Source: the human T2T-CHM13v2.0 reference genome, Homo sapiens. From it: 64,000 nucleotides of DNA. Below the pieces are notes generated by a model that searched no databases, was not told the DNA's origin, and was given only the letters and a program-made list of their open reading frames with translations. A program made the translations under genes and the position numbers. Each line of letters starts with the position of its first letter. The first letter of the stretch is position 1. Shown one piece after another: positions 28,253-43,190 of the stretch. The DNA lies in assembly GCF_009914755.1 (NCBI RefSeq), contig NC_060933.1, one strand, 5' to 3'.

Positions 28253-30435
28253 GACCTATAAACTCTTTTTTTTTTTCTTCTTATTCCTTGAAACTGCTCG
28301 TATTGCAAGTTTTTCATGGATGAAATATGGAATTGAGCAGATTCTTTTTTTCTACAAAATTATGGTATAAACTTGCTCAATTTTCTATCTTATTGCTAAT
28401 ACATCTTACAGGCACACAGTTTGTAAAGTAAACCCCTTAAGGGCTGAGTGCGTAGAGTGTGCTGCAAGGTACAAGAAATAAGCTAAAAGTGAGCATATAA
28501 ACCTACATCTGGACCAACACGGTACTGAATGCTGGAGTCTGAGCAAAGAATGAGTGATGAAAACAGCAAAGCTGGAAAAAAATGCTACTAATAATAATTT
28601 CTGAAAAGTCTATTAATGAAAATTTTTTCAAAATAGCCCAGGAAACCAGAAAGACAATGTTCTGTATGGAAACACTGTAGGAAGTTACAGTTTTGCATTC
28701 ATAAAGTACCGTGGCTCCTGTTTTATGAGACAGTAAAAGCTTACCACAATCTAGAGGTAGTTTTTACTCTAAGAAGGATGATTGTATTACTAGACTGTGC
28801 CGTATAATATTATGCACGTGGTTCTTGTACTAAATGTAGCCCAAAGAGTCTGCTGCAATTTTGAAGAATCCGAACAAAAGCATAACCGAAGTTCAGGAAT
28901 GAAAGCAAGGTACAACTGCCAAGTTTCGCATGCAAGGCCAACGTACAACCCTGAATGCAACCAAATCTCAGGTGAAAGGAAAAGAAACATTTTCTGAGTT
29001 AGGAGACATTTGTGGAGATGCTCAGTACTGGAGAAGAGAAAACAAAAAAGGCAGGGAAAAGAAAAATAAAAACACAAGTTACATTTGCATTTCATAATCT
29101 TACAACTATCTGTTTCTAAAGTACTGTCTTCCAGCTATTTTAGTTGATCATCTAATAAAAGCATCTTATGTTTTAAGATTACAATGATGTTCTGGCCTAG
29201 GCTACCCCCTCCAACACCCCCAAAAAGTAAAGTTAATAAAACATGCTTTTGCTGAGATCGTCCTCATTCTACCATAAGGGCACCATCTCCCAACTGGCAG
29301 CAGTTGCTTCTCATGATATTTTTGTCACTTGCCAACAAGGCAGAAAATACTCTGCTGGATGAAATCACTGGGAACATTCCAAGTTCAAAATTAAATGTTT
29401 AACTTATACGTAATACAAGTTATGTACAAGATCAGGAGCGGGGAAAAACCTGAACAAATCCTGGAACACACATAATGTATTTACGCTATGGGAAAAGGAG
29501 AGAGAACACTTCAAATATCAACATGTTCTGCACTATTAACTCATTTATGGCAAAATGGCCACACCAAATTGCATGTGAATGTTAGAACCTCTTGGATAAC
29601 CACTATAAATACTTTTTTTAAAAAAAAGGAAAATGCAGAAATAACTACCAACAGTGTCTGAGAAGAGAGACTAAGTTAACATACATTGCATGTGTTGCAG
29701 GCAAGGCAGAGGCAGCTTTTTAAAGCTTTTGCACAGACTTCACATAATCTTAAAAAAAAATGTAGGCCATCACAAGATTTGACTTGCTGAAATCCAAACA
29801 ATTTTGACTCACGAAAAGTCATAAGACTTCAGCTGGAAAAAAAAAAAGCTCTAGCCTCAGACCAAAAAAAAACTGGGAAGAACATGATAATTAAATTAAA
29901 CAAGCATGGCCAGGCTTGGAACCTGAATGTATTTTAAAGCAAAAGCTCAAAGGTGAGTGGGGAAGAGAACAACCTCTTTGGTGACAAGATGTACTATAAT
30001 ACCATGATATAAAAAAGGATATGGTGAATATGTGAAAATGTACCTTTTACTAAAGCTTATACAATATACAAGTTACGTGGTCCATAAAAACTATGTTAGA
30101 TTTATGTCTTCTAGTTTGTTCAACTTGTATTCCAGCCACATTATTTACTTCTTGCCAACTTAAACAAAACCAAACAAAAACCAACCAACCAACCAACAAA
30201 ACAGCTGAAAAAATTAATTTCCAGTAGTTTGTACATTTTGATGTTTTTTTTTGTTTTACTGTGGCTTCTGCATTTCAAATCGGCACTTGCAGATAGATAG
30301 TGGGGTTTTAGAATAGTATCACCTGGTATGAAAAGTTTTCCCAATAAACCACAAAAGACTGTTCATTTTTTTTTCCTTTTTTGTCAACTTTTTGCTGCAC
30401 TCAAGTCCGTTTGAGTCTTAGCAAAAAGACGGTAG

Positions 30436-31882
<1,447 letters not shown>

Positions 31883-32048
31883 GGTACCTCAAGAACATGT
31901 TAAGGTAAGTAACAGCTTGGAACATTTCAATGCACCTCAAAACACCTCAGCCAGTGTATCTGTATCATTCTCCTTCGTTCTGAAATAATAATGTTTCCAA
32001 AGAACCATAATGCTTCCATTTGAATGATAGTCTTATAATTTCAATGAC

Positions 32049-32151
32049 ATTCCAAAGGTTGTACAGGAAGCATGGCAGCATCTGCTTCTGGGGAGTCTTC
32101 AGGGGGCTTTTACTCGTGGCAGACAGCAAAGCAGGAGCAAGTAACTTACAT
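32049..32151 (-). mobile_element. MST (MSTA-like) LTR segment forming the 5' leader of the RBPJ retrocopy
   Basis: Minus strand reads atgtaagttacttgctcctgctttgc...ccccagaagcagatgctgccatgcttcctgtacaacctttggaa. Aligns to the MST LTR in this window (61630-61655) and stops at its GTGAG donor. Lies inside the retrocopy TSDs. Confidence 0.85.
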
Positions 32152-32199
32152 CCCCATAAACTCTTAAATGATTAGTAATCACAGACCATGATAACATAC

Positions 32200-33400
32200 T
32201 AATTTTTATGTACTGGAACAACTAAAATTAAGAGTCTGATAAGAGAAAGAAAATCCAACGTTACATGCCTCTGAATATGATTCAATAGGAAGCACACTGC
32301 ACCACCTTTGAAGTATTCTTGCCAAAAGAATATAAAACTAAAAGAACTTAAATCAACCTCTTGTTCTAACTATCAGTTTATATGTGTTAAATTATACCAT
32401 AAGGCTGCACTAAGCCAAACACAAAATGTGGGAAATTCTACAGGCGAATGACCTAGTTTTTTCTGCAAATACATGGAGTCAGGTGGGAAGAAGATATTGT
32501 GATCAATTGAAACTGTTAAAGTTAAAGAAAGAGGAAAGAAACATGAAAAGTGGCTTAAGAGTCAAAGATAGGTTTATTTTGGAGAATAAACCTGAGAGGG
32601 GCTTCTGGCCGATTTCGGTTAGGAACAGTCTCTCTTCCAGAGTAAGAGTATTTATTGGTGAGAGAGCTTATCACAGGCTTGGAATGTTTCTGTATGGGGG
32701 AGAAGCTCATGGCGGGGTTGGAATGTCTATGGTCAGAGGGGAGGTTTTCTTGGGGCTGACATCTCTCCAGCTGGAGGGGAGGTTATCTGGGGGCTGGCAT
32801 GTCTCTGGTCAGGGAGGGTTTATCCTATGGTTGGAATGTTTCTGGTTGGACATGTCATTTGTGGTTTATGGTCATGCTGACCTTAGCCATTAGGCTGATG
32901 CCCTTTGGATTTAGGTGGTTTTTGATCAAGGGGAACTTTAGAATGGTGGTACTTGTCCATGATGGCGATGCTCCTGCTCTGTCAAAAACCTCTGTCAACC
33001 AAATGCAGTGTGCGTGGACTTGTTTGTATTCTCACTGAAAAAGAGATCTATGAGACAATCATGAAAATCTGAATACCAAACATTAGATGATATTAAGGAA
33101 TTACTGTTAATTTATTTAGTTGTGTTAATGGTACTACTATCATGTATTTTAAAAGTCATTTCCCTTAAAGATACATAGCTATATATTTAAAAATGATATA
33201 ATATGATGTCTGGGGTTTGTGCTAAAATTATGCTTGAGTGTGTGTTTGTGGGAGGGATATATATGAAATTTTAAGACTACTCCATATATTTATAATTATT
33301 GAAGTAGAGTGTAAGGAATACATTGGGTTTTATTACTTTTGTCTCTACTTCCATGTATGTTTGAAAATTTTCATAATAAAAATTGTAAATAAAAGTCTAA
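32200..33400 (+). mobile_element. L1MC/ME-type 3' fragment, interrupted by an LTR
   Basis: gaagtattcttgccaaaa, aatgtgggaaattctacagg, ttagatgatattaaggaattactgttaatt, tatgtttgaaaattttcataataaaa. Confidence 0.7.
32514..32984 (-). mobile_element. LTR15-like (ERV1) solo LTR
   Basis: Reverse strand starts tgacagagcaggagcatcgccatc...ttctaaagttccccttgatcaaaaacc; TG...CA ends; TSD gaaac/aaaac. Confidence 0.85.
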
Positions 33401-33560
33401 TAAAAATCATAGTTTTAAAAATTAGGATGAAAAATCATAAATAACAAATAAGATCTAATAAAAATATTGTATAGTGTCATAGTGTAAAAGTATTTTATGA
33501 AGACACATATTGGTAATTATATTTTAAAACTCCTTAAATTGAAAAGTTCAACAACCATAC

Positions 33561-34298
33561 TGTAACCTCCTGATGGGTTCTTCCCGCCTGCTGCACAAAA
33601 AAAAATCAATTCACAGAGACCAGGGCATTGCAGTAAAGGAAGAATTTAATTGATGCGAAGCCAGCCACACCACACAGGAGGTGGAGTTATTAAATCAAAC
33701 TCATCAAAAGCTTGTAGGTTCGGGTTCTTTCAGAGGTAATTTGGGGGAAGTGATGAGGGTGGCTGGGCAATGGATGCCTTCTGCTGATTGCTTGGGGGGT
33801 GCAATCTTAACATGGGAAAAGATCCTGCTCTGTGCTGAATGGCTTCTGCTTCTGTATGGGGCCACATGAGCAGTTGGTGGGTTCAGAAGGCACCATAATT
33901 GGTGCCAAACACGCAAAATATCTGAAAGGCTATCTCAAAAGGCCAATCTTGGGTTCTACAGTCGTGATGTTATCTGCAGGAGTAATTGGAAAAGTTGCAT
34001 ATCTCGTGACCTCTGGAATAATGGCTGGCAGTCTTTTATGTCTACCCCTTTGCCGAATTCAGGCTCTTCTCCTCCTAGCCTGGTTGTCTCTCATTAGCTT
34101 TATAAAGGTGATTAAGTTTTGGAGAAGGAATATTATCATTTAAACTGTAAACTACATGTCTCCCAAAGCTAGCCCATCCTAAGCCTGGTAATAATTAAGG
34201 CAACATGAAGGTAAAATATAAGAGGGAAGTTGGCTATATTAGATCTTCCCCACTGCCATAATTTTCTCACTGTTATAATTATTGCAAATGCAGTTTCA
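33561..34298 (-). mobile_element. MER50-like (ERV1) solo LTR
   Basis: tgtaacc...gggttcttcccgcctgctgc start, gcaaatgcagtttca end; TSD atac/atat. Confidence 0.75.
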
Positions 34299-34967
34299 AT
34301 ATGAGTTGTTTTTCAATTCAACCTCTGGCTTTCTAATTAAAAATGATTAGTTAAACACATGTGCATCTTCTTCCTATTCTACCAACATCCTATTGAAATG
34401 ACCATGTGATGGACAAAAGAGAAGATATGTGTCCATGCTGAGAACAGGATGCAAAACCTTCAGCAGACTAGAGGGCAGGAGATGGGAACACACTGGGATG
34501 TGTAGCCTGAACGATGCAAAGAACAGTGTTGAGGGTGAGACAGAAACCCCTCACAAAAGAAAGACACAAACCTAGAATCCCAGGCATGCATCACAAGCAA
34601 CTGCAGTGCTATTAAAGGGCTGTTTATGGATCAGCTGGGCCAGTCAGCTTCCTTTCCTCCCATCCTGCAACTTCTGGCAGTAGCTGGCAGCAGTTATTTA
34701 AAAGAGACTAGCCAAGACGGTTCCTGAGTGAGTCCAACCACAGTCAGCCCAGGGCCAGACTCATGGCTCCCAATCTATGGTACTGAGGTTCATGTTCATT
34801 AATTACATTTCCAATGAAACAATAATTGCCTTTAGTAAACTACAGGAGCATAAGTAGAAACGATATTGTAGTAAATGTCTCATATCATTACTTCTGCCAG
34901 AAATACCTCTGCCCTTGCATTTTCAAAAGATATTTGCTGCATCCTTTTCTGAAATATATTTTTATAA

Positions 34968-35448
<481 letters not shown>

Positions 35449-35656
35449 TAAAAACTGTTAAGGCAACTTCCAAAATATATTCTACATAATAAGATTAATA
35501 AACAAGCAAAATAAATCAGTAAGAAAATCTAGCTTGGATTGGTATGGGTTAAAAAATAAACACATAAAATATATCATGATATTTATTTGGTCTAATATAG
35601 GCTTCCCCTGCCCCCCCCACCACCCCCAACCCCCTCCCCACCACCCCCAACCCCCT

Positions 35657-35855
35657 CCCAAGAGGACAGGGATGCCCGGGTCCGAAGCCATGGCTGGGCA
35701 GCTGCCCTTGCGCCTGGGACTGCAGGGCTCCCTCCCCACCAGCTCAGAAGCAGCCAGGGCTCCCGCGGGCTCCACAAAGCGCTCCCTGCGGCGCCTCCCC
35801 TGCTGCAGCCGGCATCTTGGCAGCAGCCTCTCCAGATGGGCCGCTGCGGCCATCA
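35657..35855 (-). mobile_element. MER52-like LTR 5' fragment (GC-rich)
   Basis: Reverse strand begins tgatggccgcagcggcccatctggagaggctgctgccaagatgccggctgcagc; truncated after ~200 bp. Confidence 0.75.
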
Positions 35856-36178
35856 ACACCACTCAAACCGGTAATGTGGCTCAGCCAGTTCTGCCATCCC
35901 ACCCAGGAACAGAAGGCAGCAAGAAAACCTCACTTTGATCCCCCTGTGATTCCATCTCCAACCTGACCAATCAGCACTCCCCACTTCCTGAGACCATGCC
36001 ATATTATCCTTAAAAACTCTGATCCCCAAACGCTCGGGGAGACTGATTTGAGCAATAATAAAACTCCAGTCTCCCGCCCAGCTGGCTCTGCAAGAATGAC
36101 TCTTTCTCTATTGCAATTCCCCTGTCTTGATAAATCAGCTCTGTCTAGGCAGGGGGCAAGGGGAACTTGGGCGGTTGT
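35856..36178 (+). mobile_element. LTR8-like LTR, 3' half
   Basis: ccacccaggaacagaaggcagcaag, ctgaccaatcagcactcccc, gagactgatttgagcaataataaaactccagtctccc, gcaattcccctgtcttgataaatc. Confidence 0.8.
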
Positions 36179-37194
36179 GTATATATATTAATATATTTGC
36201 ACTCACACACACAAATATATGTAATATTTGCAACTGGAAGTGGAACAGGACCTCCTAATACAGAGACGAGCTCCTGTAGCATCAGGAGTCAGCAGCTCCC
36301 TGCCAGGTGGAGCCTCCGTTGTGGTCATACTATTGAGGGGTCCCCCACCTGAACGCCAGTCCCCACCCCTGATTCAGCCATTTCGCAGATATTTATTCAG
36401 AAGTTCCAGGAACTATTCTAAGGGCATCAAGTGCTGTTCTTGTCACAGGCAAAGAAAGCCCCAAAGGGAAGGTGTCTCTTCCGGCGGTGCCTGCCCCACC
36501 TCCAAGCCTGGCACCTTTCGAAATTTATCTTAGGACATTTCCGACAGGTGTTGCTCTTCTTCAGCTTTGTCCTGGCATAATTTTGTCTCCCAGTAGCCTT
36601 CATTTTCTTCCTTCATTGATCCTACATGTGCTGTAGCTAACAGGAATTCCTCAGAGCTCGTAGCCTTTGGATAGTGTGGTTTCACCGTTGTCAACACTGA
36701 TATGTTTATCTATACTTTGAGCTTCGTGTAGTTTTTCATTAGGATTTTGTGAAATGCACAGGATGATGTAGGCTAGAATGATAGGTTCGATTAGCTATGT
36801 TCCTTGATAATTTCAAAGTAAGTTATATTTAAATAACCAAACTATTTAGATTTATGCTTCTATGATAAGACATTTCAGTATTTTTGAATCAAACCATTTT
36901 AAGGGTTTTTTTTTTTAATGAAACACTTATTTACTTAAAATTATTACATAACTCTCCCCTTGCATGCCACATTTTAGGCAAAATTAACAGCATATTCCTA
37001 AAACCCAGCTTACTAAATTGCTTCTCTTGATAGCTTTTTTTTTTTTTTAACCGAGGAAGAATTTCTGATTGGAAGCTTTAATTATAGTGGGTTATGTACT
37101 AGCCAAGGAAGGCAATAAATTGAAAATATGCTGTTTAATTTTGTTGTTGTTTGTTTGGCTGGAGAACACTACAGTTTTATTTCTATTCATAAAC

Positions 37195-37423
37195 CAGTGC
37201 TTCCCAACCAGGGCTGTTTTTGCCTCCAGGGAAGAAAATGTCTGGAGACATCTTGGGTTGTCAAAACTGGAGGTTGCTACTGGCACTTAGTGAGTACAGG
37301 CTATGGATGCTGCTAAGCATGCCATCTTGCACAGAACAGCCTGTACCCTCTCTTCTCCTCTGCAAGAAGAATTAAAAATTATCTGACTCAAAAGGTTAAG
37401 ACTGCTAAGATTAAGAAACCCTG
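37195..37423. mobile_element. MER20 (hAT-Charlie DNA transposon)
   Basis: cagtgcttcccaaccaggg...aatgtctggagacatcttgggttgtca...ggatgctgctaagcat...aagaaaccctg; TIR-like ends. Confidence 0.8.
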
Positions 37424-39593
37424 CCATCGACCAGTGGAAGTAAAAATTGTAAGGATTTATTATTTCAAATCTATACAGCTTTACCTCACGAGTTTTACTT
37501 TTTCTAATTCTCTTTAGGGAAGTTTCTCTTCCCTCTCATTTTCCAAACCAAGTTGTGATTTTTGGCATGAACTACTCCACCCCACCGCCCAGCTTCTGCG
37601 CTTTAAGATGTTGTGGATATGGGCTCCATGCTTGTAGTGGTGAACTTCGAGGCCTGTCACATGTCCTGCTACCCCAGACCACTCCATCACATGACCTGTG
37701 CATACACCTTACATCATTCTGAAATGCCCTTCACATATGCCCTCTTCCAGAATATAAAACATCTTCCTTGCATAAATACTTCCAAGGAAAAGCTGGCCAC
37801 ACTCTGACTACTTAAACCCCTTGAAGTTTTGTTCTATGAAAAACATAAATGGTGGTTCAGCTGGCAGCATCCTCAGTAACACTCTTGATATTTTCTATCC
37901 TCTAATTTTCTCCATCTGTTTGAGAGAACACACTTTGGGTTATCTGGGGTCTATGCCAAAGGAGGCATTGTGGATAAGTGTGACTCAGCCCTCCTCAACA
38001 AAAAATTACCTTTCAATTCAGGGCAGAAGCTTATGATATTGAAACTCATGTGGTTCCTCGAGAATCTCCTCAATACTCTTTCCCCATGAGCCAGGGGTGA
38101 GGGTAACTGGCAAAGCAATCAGGTCTTGGTGCCAACAAAATCCCATTTCATCCCTGAAATACAAGGCCCATCAGGACGTGACATCTGTCTGTATTACTTC
38201 CTACTATATAATCCCCAGTAACTAGAACAAAGCAGTTAAAAAATATTCAACGCAGTCAGAAATATATTTATCATATGCTGCTAAAAATACCCTCCATTTT
38301 CTAGCTCTCTAATCAGTTAATATGTGCACATTTAAACTACATCACAGCATTGGATTTGTTCTATCTGTCTGTGTGGACACAATTGTGCTGCTGACAATTT
38401 AGTCAAGTGTTTCATCTCTATGTAGACAACCGTCATGTAAGAATTAATGAGAATTTCCTAACGTGGTGGCAACTGGCAGCTATTGCTCTGAAAATTTCTA
38501 GCTCTGAAAAATTTTAGGCCAACATGTTTACAGTAATGTTTTAGTTTAAAGAGCTTGGAAATGGGGTTTCCTTGAATGTATTGGAATAAACCATGTATTT
38601 TATTCCCAGTTTTGGGAGACATCTGCTTTCCTTACGTTCCCCAGGCTACCACCATCCAAAAGCAGAAAAGCCATTTAGGGAACCAAGAGTTTTAGTCAAG
38701 CTATTTAACTGTCATCAGAAATGAAGAAAACAAATCACCTCTACAGCCTTCTGGGTTAATTTTTATGAGGTGGTTTGTCTTCATTCGGTGGAAAAGAATA
38801 ATCTTAACTTCAGGTCATTGGCAGGTCAATAAAAGCTCTAAAGCTAAATTTTCACCAAAATCTCAGTTGAGATAAGTAACATTTAAGGATTATTTGGAAG
38901 AATAGGCTCCACTGATTTCTGTAATAACCAGAGATTTAATACTGGATTAATCCAGACCATCATATAACTCCATACTCAAGCCATATTGTCTTGATTGCCC
39001 AAGAAATTGCTTTTAAGAAACTGTTATATATTTATTGTCCAAAACGTGTTTATTATAGGGTTATTGTTGAAGACAATGTCCCCTTTATCGCTTGGTGACT
39101 CCAATTAAAGGCCCCAATAAACATTGCTCTCAGACTTGATTTTGACAACAAAACCTGTCACATAAAATACTGAAAGTATGAATGTTAGAATTCTTTTTTA
39201 TTTCCGGGAAGCTGAGATACAAATACAGAACCAAAATTCAGTGACATAGATCTTTATCATATCTTGCATGGTCCTCTGAAATAGGAAGAAAACATTAAAT
39301 TTTAACTTTTGACTTTAGGGTAAAAAAATCACTTTTATACAAATCAAAAACAAACAAGAAAAGAACCCCATACAAATTATAAAGATAAAGGCCGACAAAA
39401 TTGACCATAATAAAATAAAATTTCTGTGCAACAAGACACTAGGAATAAAAGTTTGTAAGAAAAGCTAGTGGGAACAAAAAGATATTTACAACATTACTGA
39501 AGATATAAAGATTGATATCCAAAATAAAAACCTCTTATTAAAAAAGAAAGAAAAAGTAAATGAAAGTACAAACAGATTAAGAAGAGAAAACAT

Positions 39594-39908
<315 letters not shown>

Positions 39909-41902
39909 CTAACAAATGTATCTAAAGATTCTCAGACTCGTTAGTAGTCAAAAAAGTGTACATTATAGCAATGATGAGAGTGCAATTCTCTTTATCTGAA
40001 CTGGTAAACATAAAAAAGTCAGACAAAATCAAGCATTATTGAAGTGACGATAAGGGAGTTATCTGGTGATGCTGGTGGGAAGATACAGCGGCTGTGCGAG
40101 GTGATTCTACAACATGACTTACAGGCGAGTACTCATGCGCACCCTCTGCCCCAACAACCTGACAGCTCTTCCCCTGCCATCTTCCATGGTCCACACAAAC
40201 ATGCATGAGTGTGTCCTGGGCAGCTGCACCCTCACCTTTGTGCATCACAGCAGGGTCCACCTGCTCTGGGTCCTTATGACATGATGCTATTCTCAGTGTG
40301 CTGGTATGTTCCCGACACTGTACAATGGCTCCAATCAGCCCTACTGCTGCCTGGAACAAAGAGAAACTTTGGTTATATAGTGTGTATTTGCATAAAGACC
40401 GTTTTCAAAGAGCAAGAATAATATAAAAGAAATAAATTTGTGCCTGTATATAGACTCCCTAAAGCTGTCTCTGGCCTCCAGTTTAAAAACATCTAGAATC
40501 TAGCCAGGCCCTTGCCTTTCCTTGAAGCACACTTATCTGCCTAGAGTTAGGTGTAAATAATTTTCTTCTATTTCCCACCCCACGATTCTGAAGAACTGGC
40601 TCAAATGTACCCAAACTCTGGTACACATTTGTCAATGCTGCCTATTACAGGACAAAAAAAAAACTGATTATTTTCTTTCAGACCCTCATACACTTTCCAC
40701 ATTGAAAATGTGGGATATTCTGCATTTCCACAAGCAGTTCTTTCTCTGTTCTCTGTCTCTCTCCTATTGTTCTTGAAACCCCTACTCTCTCACTCTGTGA
40801 TTTGTCTAAATATAATAAAGATATAGGTACAAAAAATATTTTACTTTCCTCTTAATTCTACTATGAGAAGAAAGCATCAAGTTCAATGATAAAGGGCAGC
40901 TGGTAATTGAACTTAGGTGTAGAGAGAAAGACACTGGTAGGGATGAGGCAAACAAGAAAGTCTGTTTTCCATGTAAAGGGTGGAACAGTTTCTCAGCAAT
41001 TGCTGAGATCAAGGATAAGCCCTACAAGTTTGGGCAGGAAAGAGGACACCTATTACTCCGAGAGAATGCAGAAATCCCTCCGTTTTGTTGTTGTTTGTTT
41101 TCTCTGAGCCCTTGTGATCTGGCCCCCAAGAATTCCTGTGGTGGCAGCAGCAGGCAGTGCCTAGGAGAAACAAAACCCTCAGGCCAGGGCATCTTCCTCT
41201 CCAGTTGGTGCAGTAGTGATCCCAAGAGGGTGATGCAAACTTTTTAAAGTCTTTTCTCATTTTGCCACCTGTCGGCTCCAAACATGGGTGCAGCCATGAA
41301 ACACTGTAGCAGAGTACCGTAATCAAAGACCCAGCATTCTGGCCAGAAAACAGAAAAGAGGAGCTCCAGGGAACCAGAAAATATTGGAGACATTGTGGAG
41401 AGGAAGGAGTATGAGAAAGTGACACCATAAAGTTTTTAATGAACTGAGCGCATCCCCAAGCTGCATGTGTGTGGATCGGCTCCTAATTAGTTAACCAAAG
41501 ATTTTGAGAACGAAACTAGCAGATTATCATCCGACTTCCACACTGACCACCAGGACACATCTGAAGAAAACTGGAAAGGCTTTGAAAACTCAACTGATTG
41601 TTGGAACCACAGCTCACAAAACACAGATTGGAACTTGCAGCTTGAATATGACAAGGTCAATTGCTTCTAAAACAAAAACAGCATCCATCCGCCTAATATT
41701 TTGTGAGGACCCAGAGCCTCAAAACTGAATGTGCATGACACAATCCAAAATTACAAAAAAACAGATAAACTGCACCCCACATGAGAAAAGACAGTCAGTA
41801 CTAAGTAGCTACCAATACTGAGAAGAAAAATAAATTTGAATTACATCACAAGGATTTTAAAGCAGCTTTTATAAAAATGTTCCAACAAGTGGTCGCAAGC
41901 AC

Positions 41903-42195
41903 TTTTTTTTTTCCTTGGGACGGAGTCTCACACTGTCACCCAGGCAACAGTGCAGTGGCGCAATCTAGGCTCACTGCAACCTCGGCCTGCCGGGTTCAAA
42001 CGATTCTCCTGCCTCAGCCTACCAATGAGCTGGAACTACAAGCATGCGCCACCACGTCCAGCTAATTTTTGTATTTTTAGTAGAGAAGGGGTTTCACCAT
42101 GTTGGCCAGATGGTCTTGATCTCTTGACCTCATGATCTGCCCGCCTCGGCCTCCCAAAGTGTTGGGATTACAGGCGTGAGCCACCATGCCCGGTC
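41903..42195 (-). mobile_element. Alu (AluSc-like)
   Basis: TSD gcaagcactt/acaaacactt. Confidence 0.93.
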
Positions 42196-42666
42196 ACAAA
42201 CACTTGTATACCAATGGAAAACTAGAAGTATCAGAAAATAAATAGAAGATGTAAAAAGGAACAAAATGAATATATTAGGACCAAAAAATCCAATAACTGA
42301 CATACAAAATTCTAAGTAAGCTTTTTATTACAGTAAAACTAAAGAGGTAAGAATCTGTTATCGTGAATATAAATCAACAGGAATTATCTAATCTGAACAA
42401 TAGAGAGAAAGAAAGATGAAAAAGTCTCGATTAGAGCCTTAGAGACTTGAGGAACAATAACTAAAGTTCCAACATACATGTCATCTGAGTCTCAGAAGGA
42501 GAAAATGAAAAGGAGCGCAGTGCTGAAAGAATTTTGAAAACCTAACAGGAAAAATTACCCAAATTTGGCAAAAGGCAAACATTAATTGAACTAAAAGAAG
42601 AAATCAACAAATGTACAATTATGATTAGATAATTCAACACTCCTCTCTCGCTAATAATTAGTGAAC

Positions 42667-43190
42667 ATTTGAAATTAATTGATTGTAAGTTTGATTAATT
42701 CTGAGATTTTTAGCAGTATTGTTTATCACATATAATTAACAGATCATTTCTGTATAGCAAACAAAAATGCATTCTGAGCCACATGTAATAGTTCATCACA
42801 CAAAATGTTGAGTTAATGCCAGTCAGAATGTCTCTCTTCTTCCAGTACAGGGATTACAAAATAATGGCAAGACCTAAGGTCATGTATGCAGTGATTCACT
42901 AAGTACCTTAAATAATAGGACATGAGATTGCAAGCACAATGCAGTCACTATGAATGAGAAAATTATGTAAGAGCTCAAGTTCATGTGCTGAGGAGGCTTC
43001 TGAGAAGCCTTAAAGGATATCTGGCCAATTCAGCTGTTACTGGGTTAGACTATTAATTGTCTTATTGCCTTAACTCTCATCAAAAAAAGACTGCTCTGCA
43101 GGCTTTTTTTTTACTGTGGGCAAGTGATTAACAACACCCCAGCTAGAAAATTCTTCCTGATGTCTGTCCTGAGTCTCTCCTGATCTAACA
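42667..43190 (+). repeat. Direct duplication copy 1 (~525 bp; partner 44987-45819)
   Basis: Colinear high-identity match, e.g. identical catcacacaaaatgttgagttaatgccagtcagaatgtctctcttcttc and cagctgttactgggttagactattaattgtcttattgccttaactctcatc. Confidence 0.95.

Noticed and set aside
32426-32893. 155-aa plus-strand ORF
   Set aside because: Runs from L1 into an antisense LTR15; no protein similarity recognised.
35482-35938. GC-rich ORFs (126-134 aa) and a possible CpG-island promoter
   Set aside because: Explained by a MER52-like LTR fragment and a C-rich tandem repeat; only ~250 bp GC-rich.
40036-40359. 107-aa minus-strand ORF
   Set aside because: No recognisable homology; adjoins decayed L1 sequence; no supporting gene structure.
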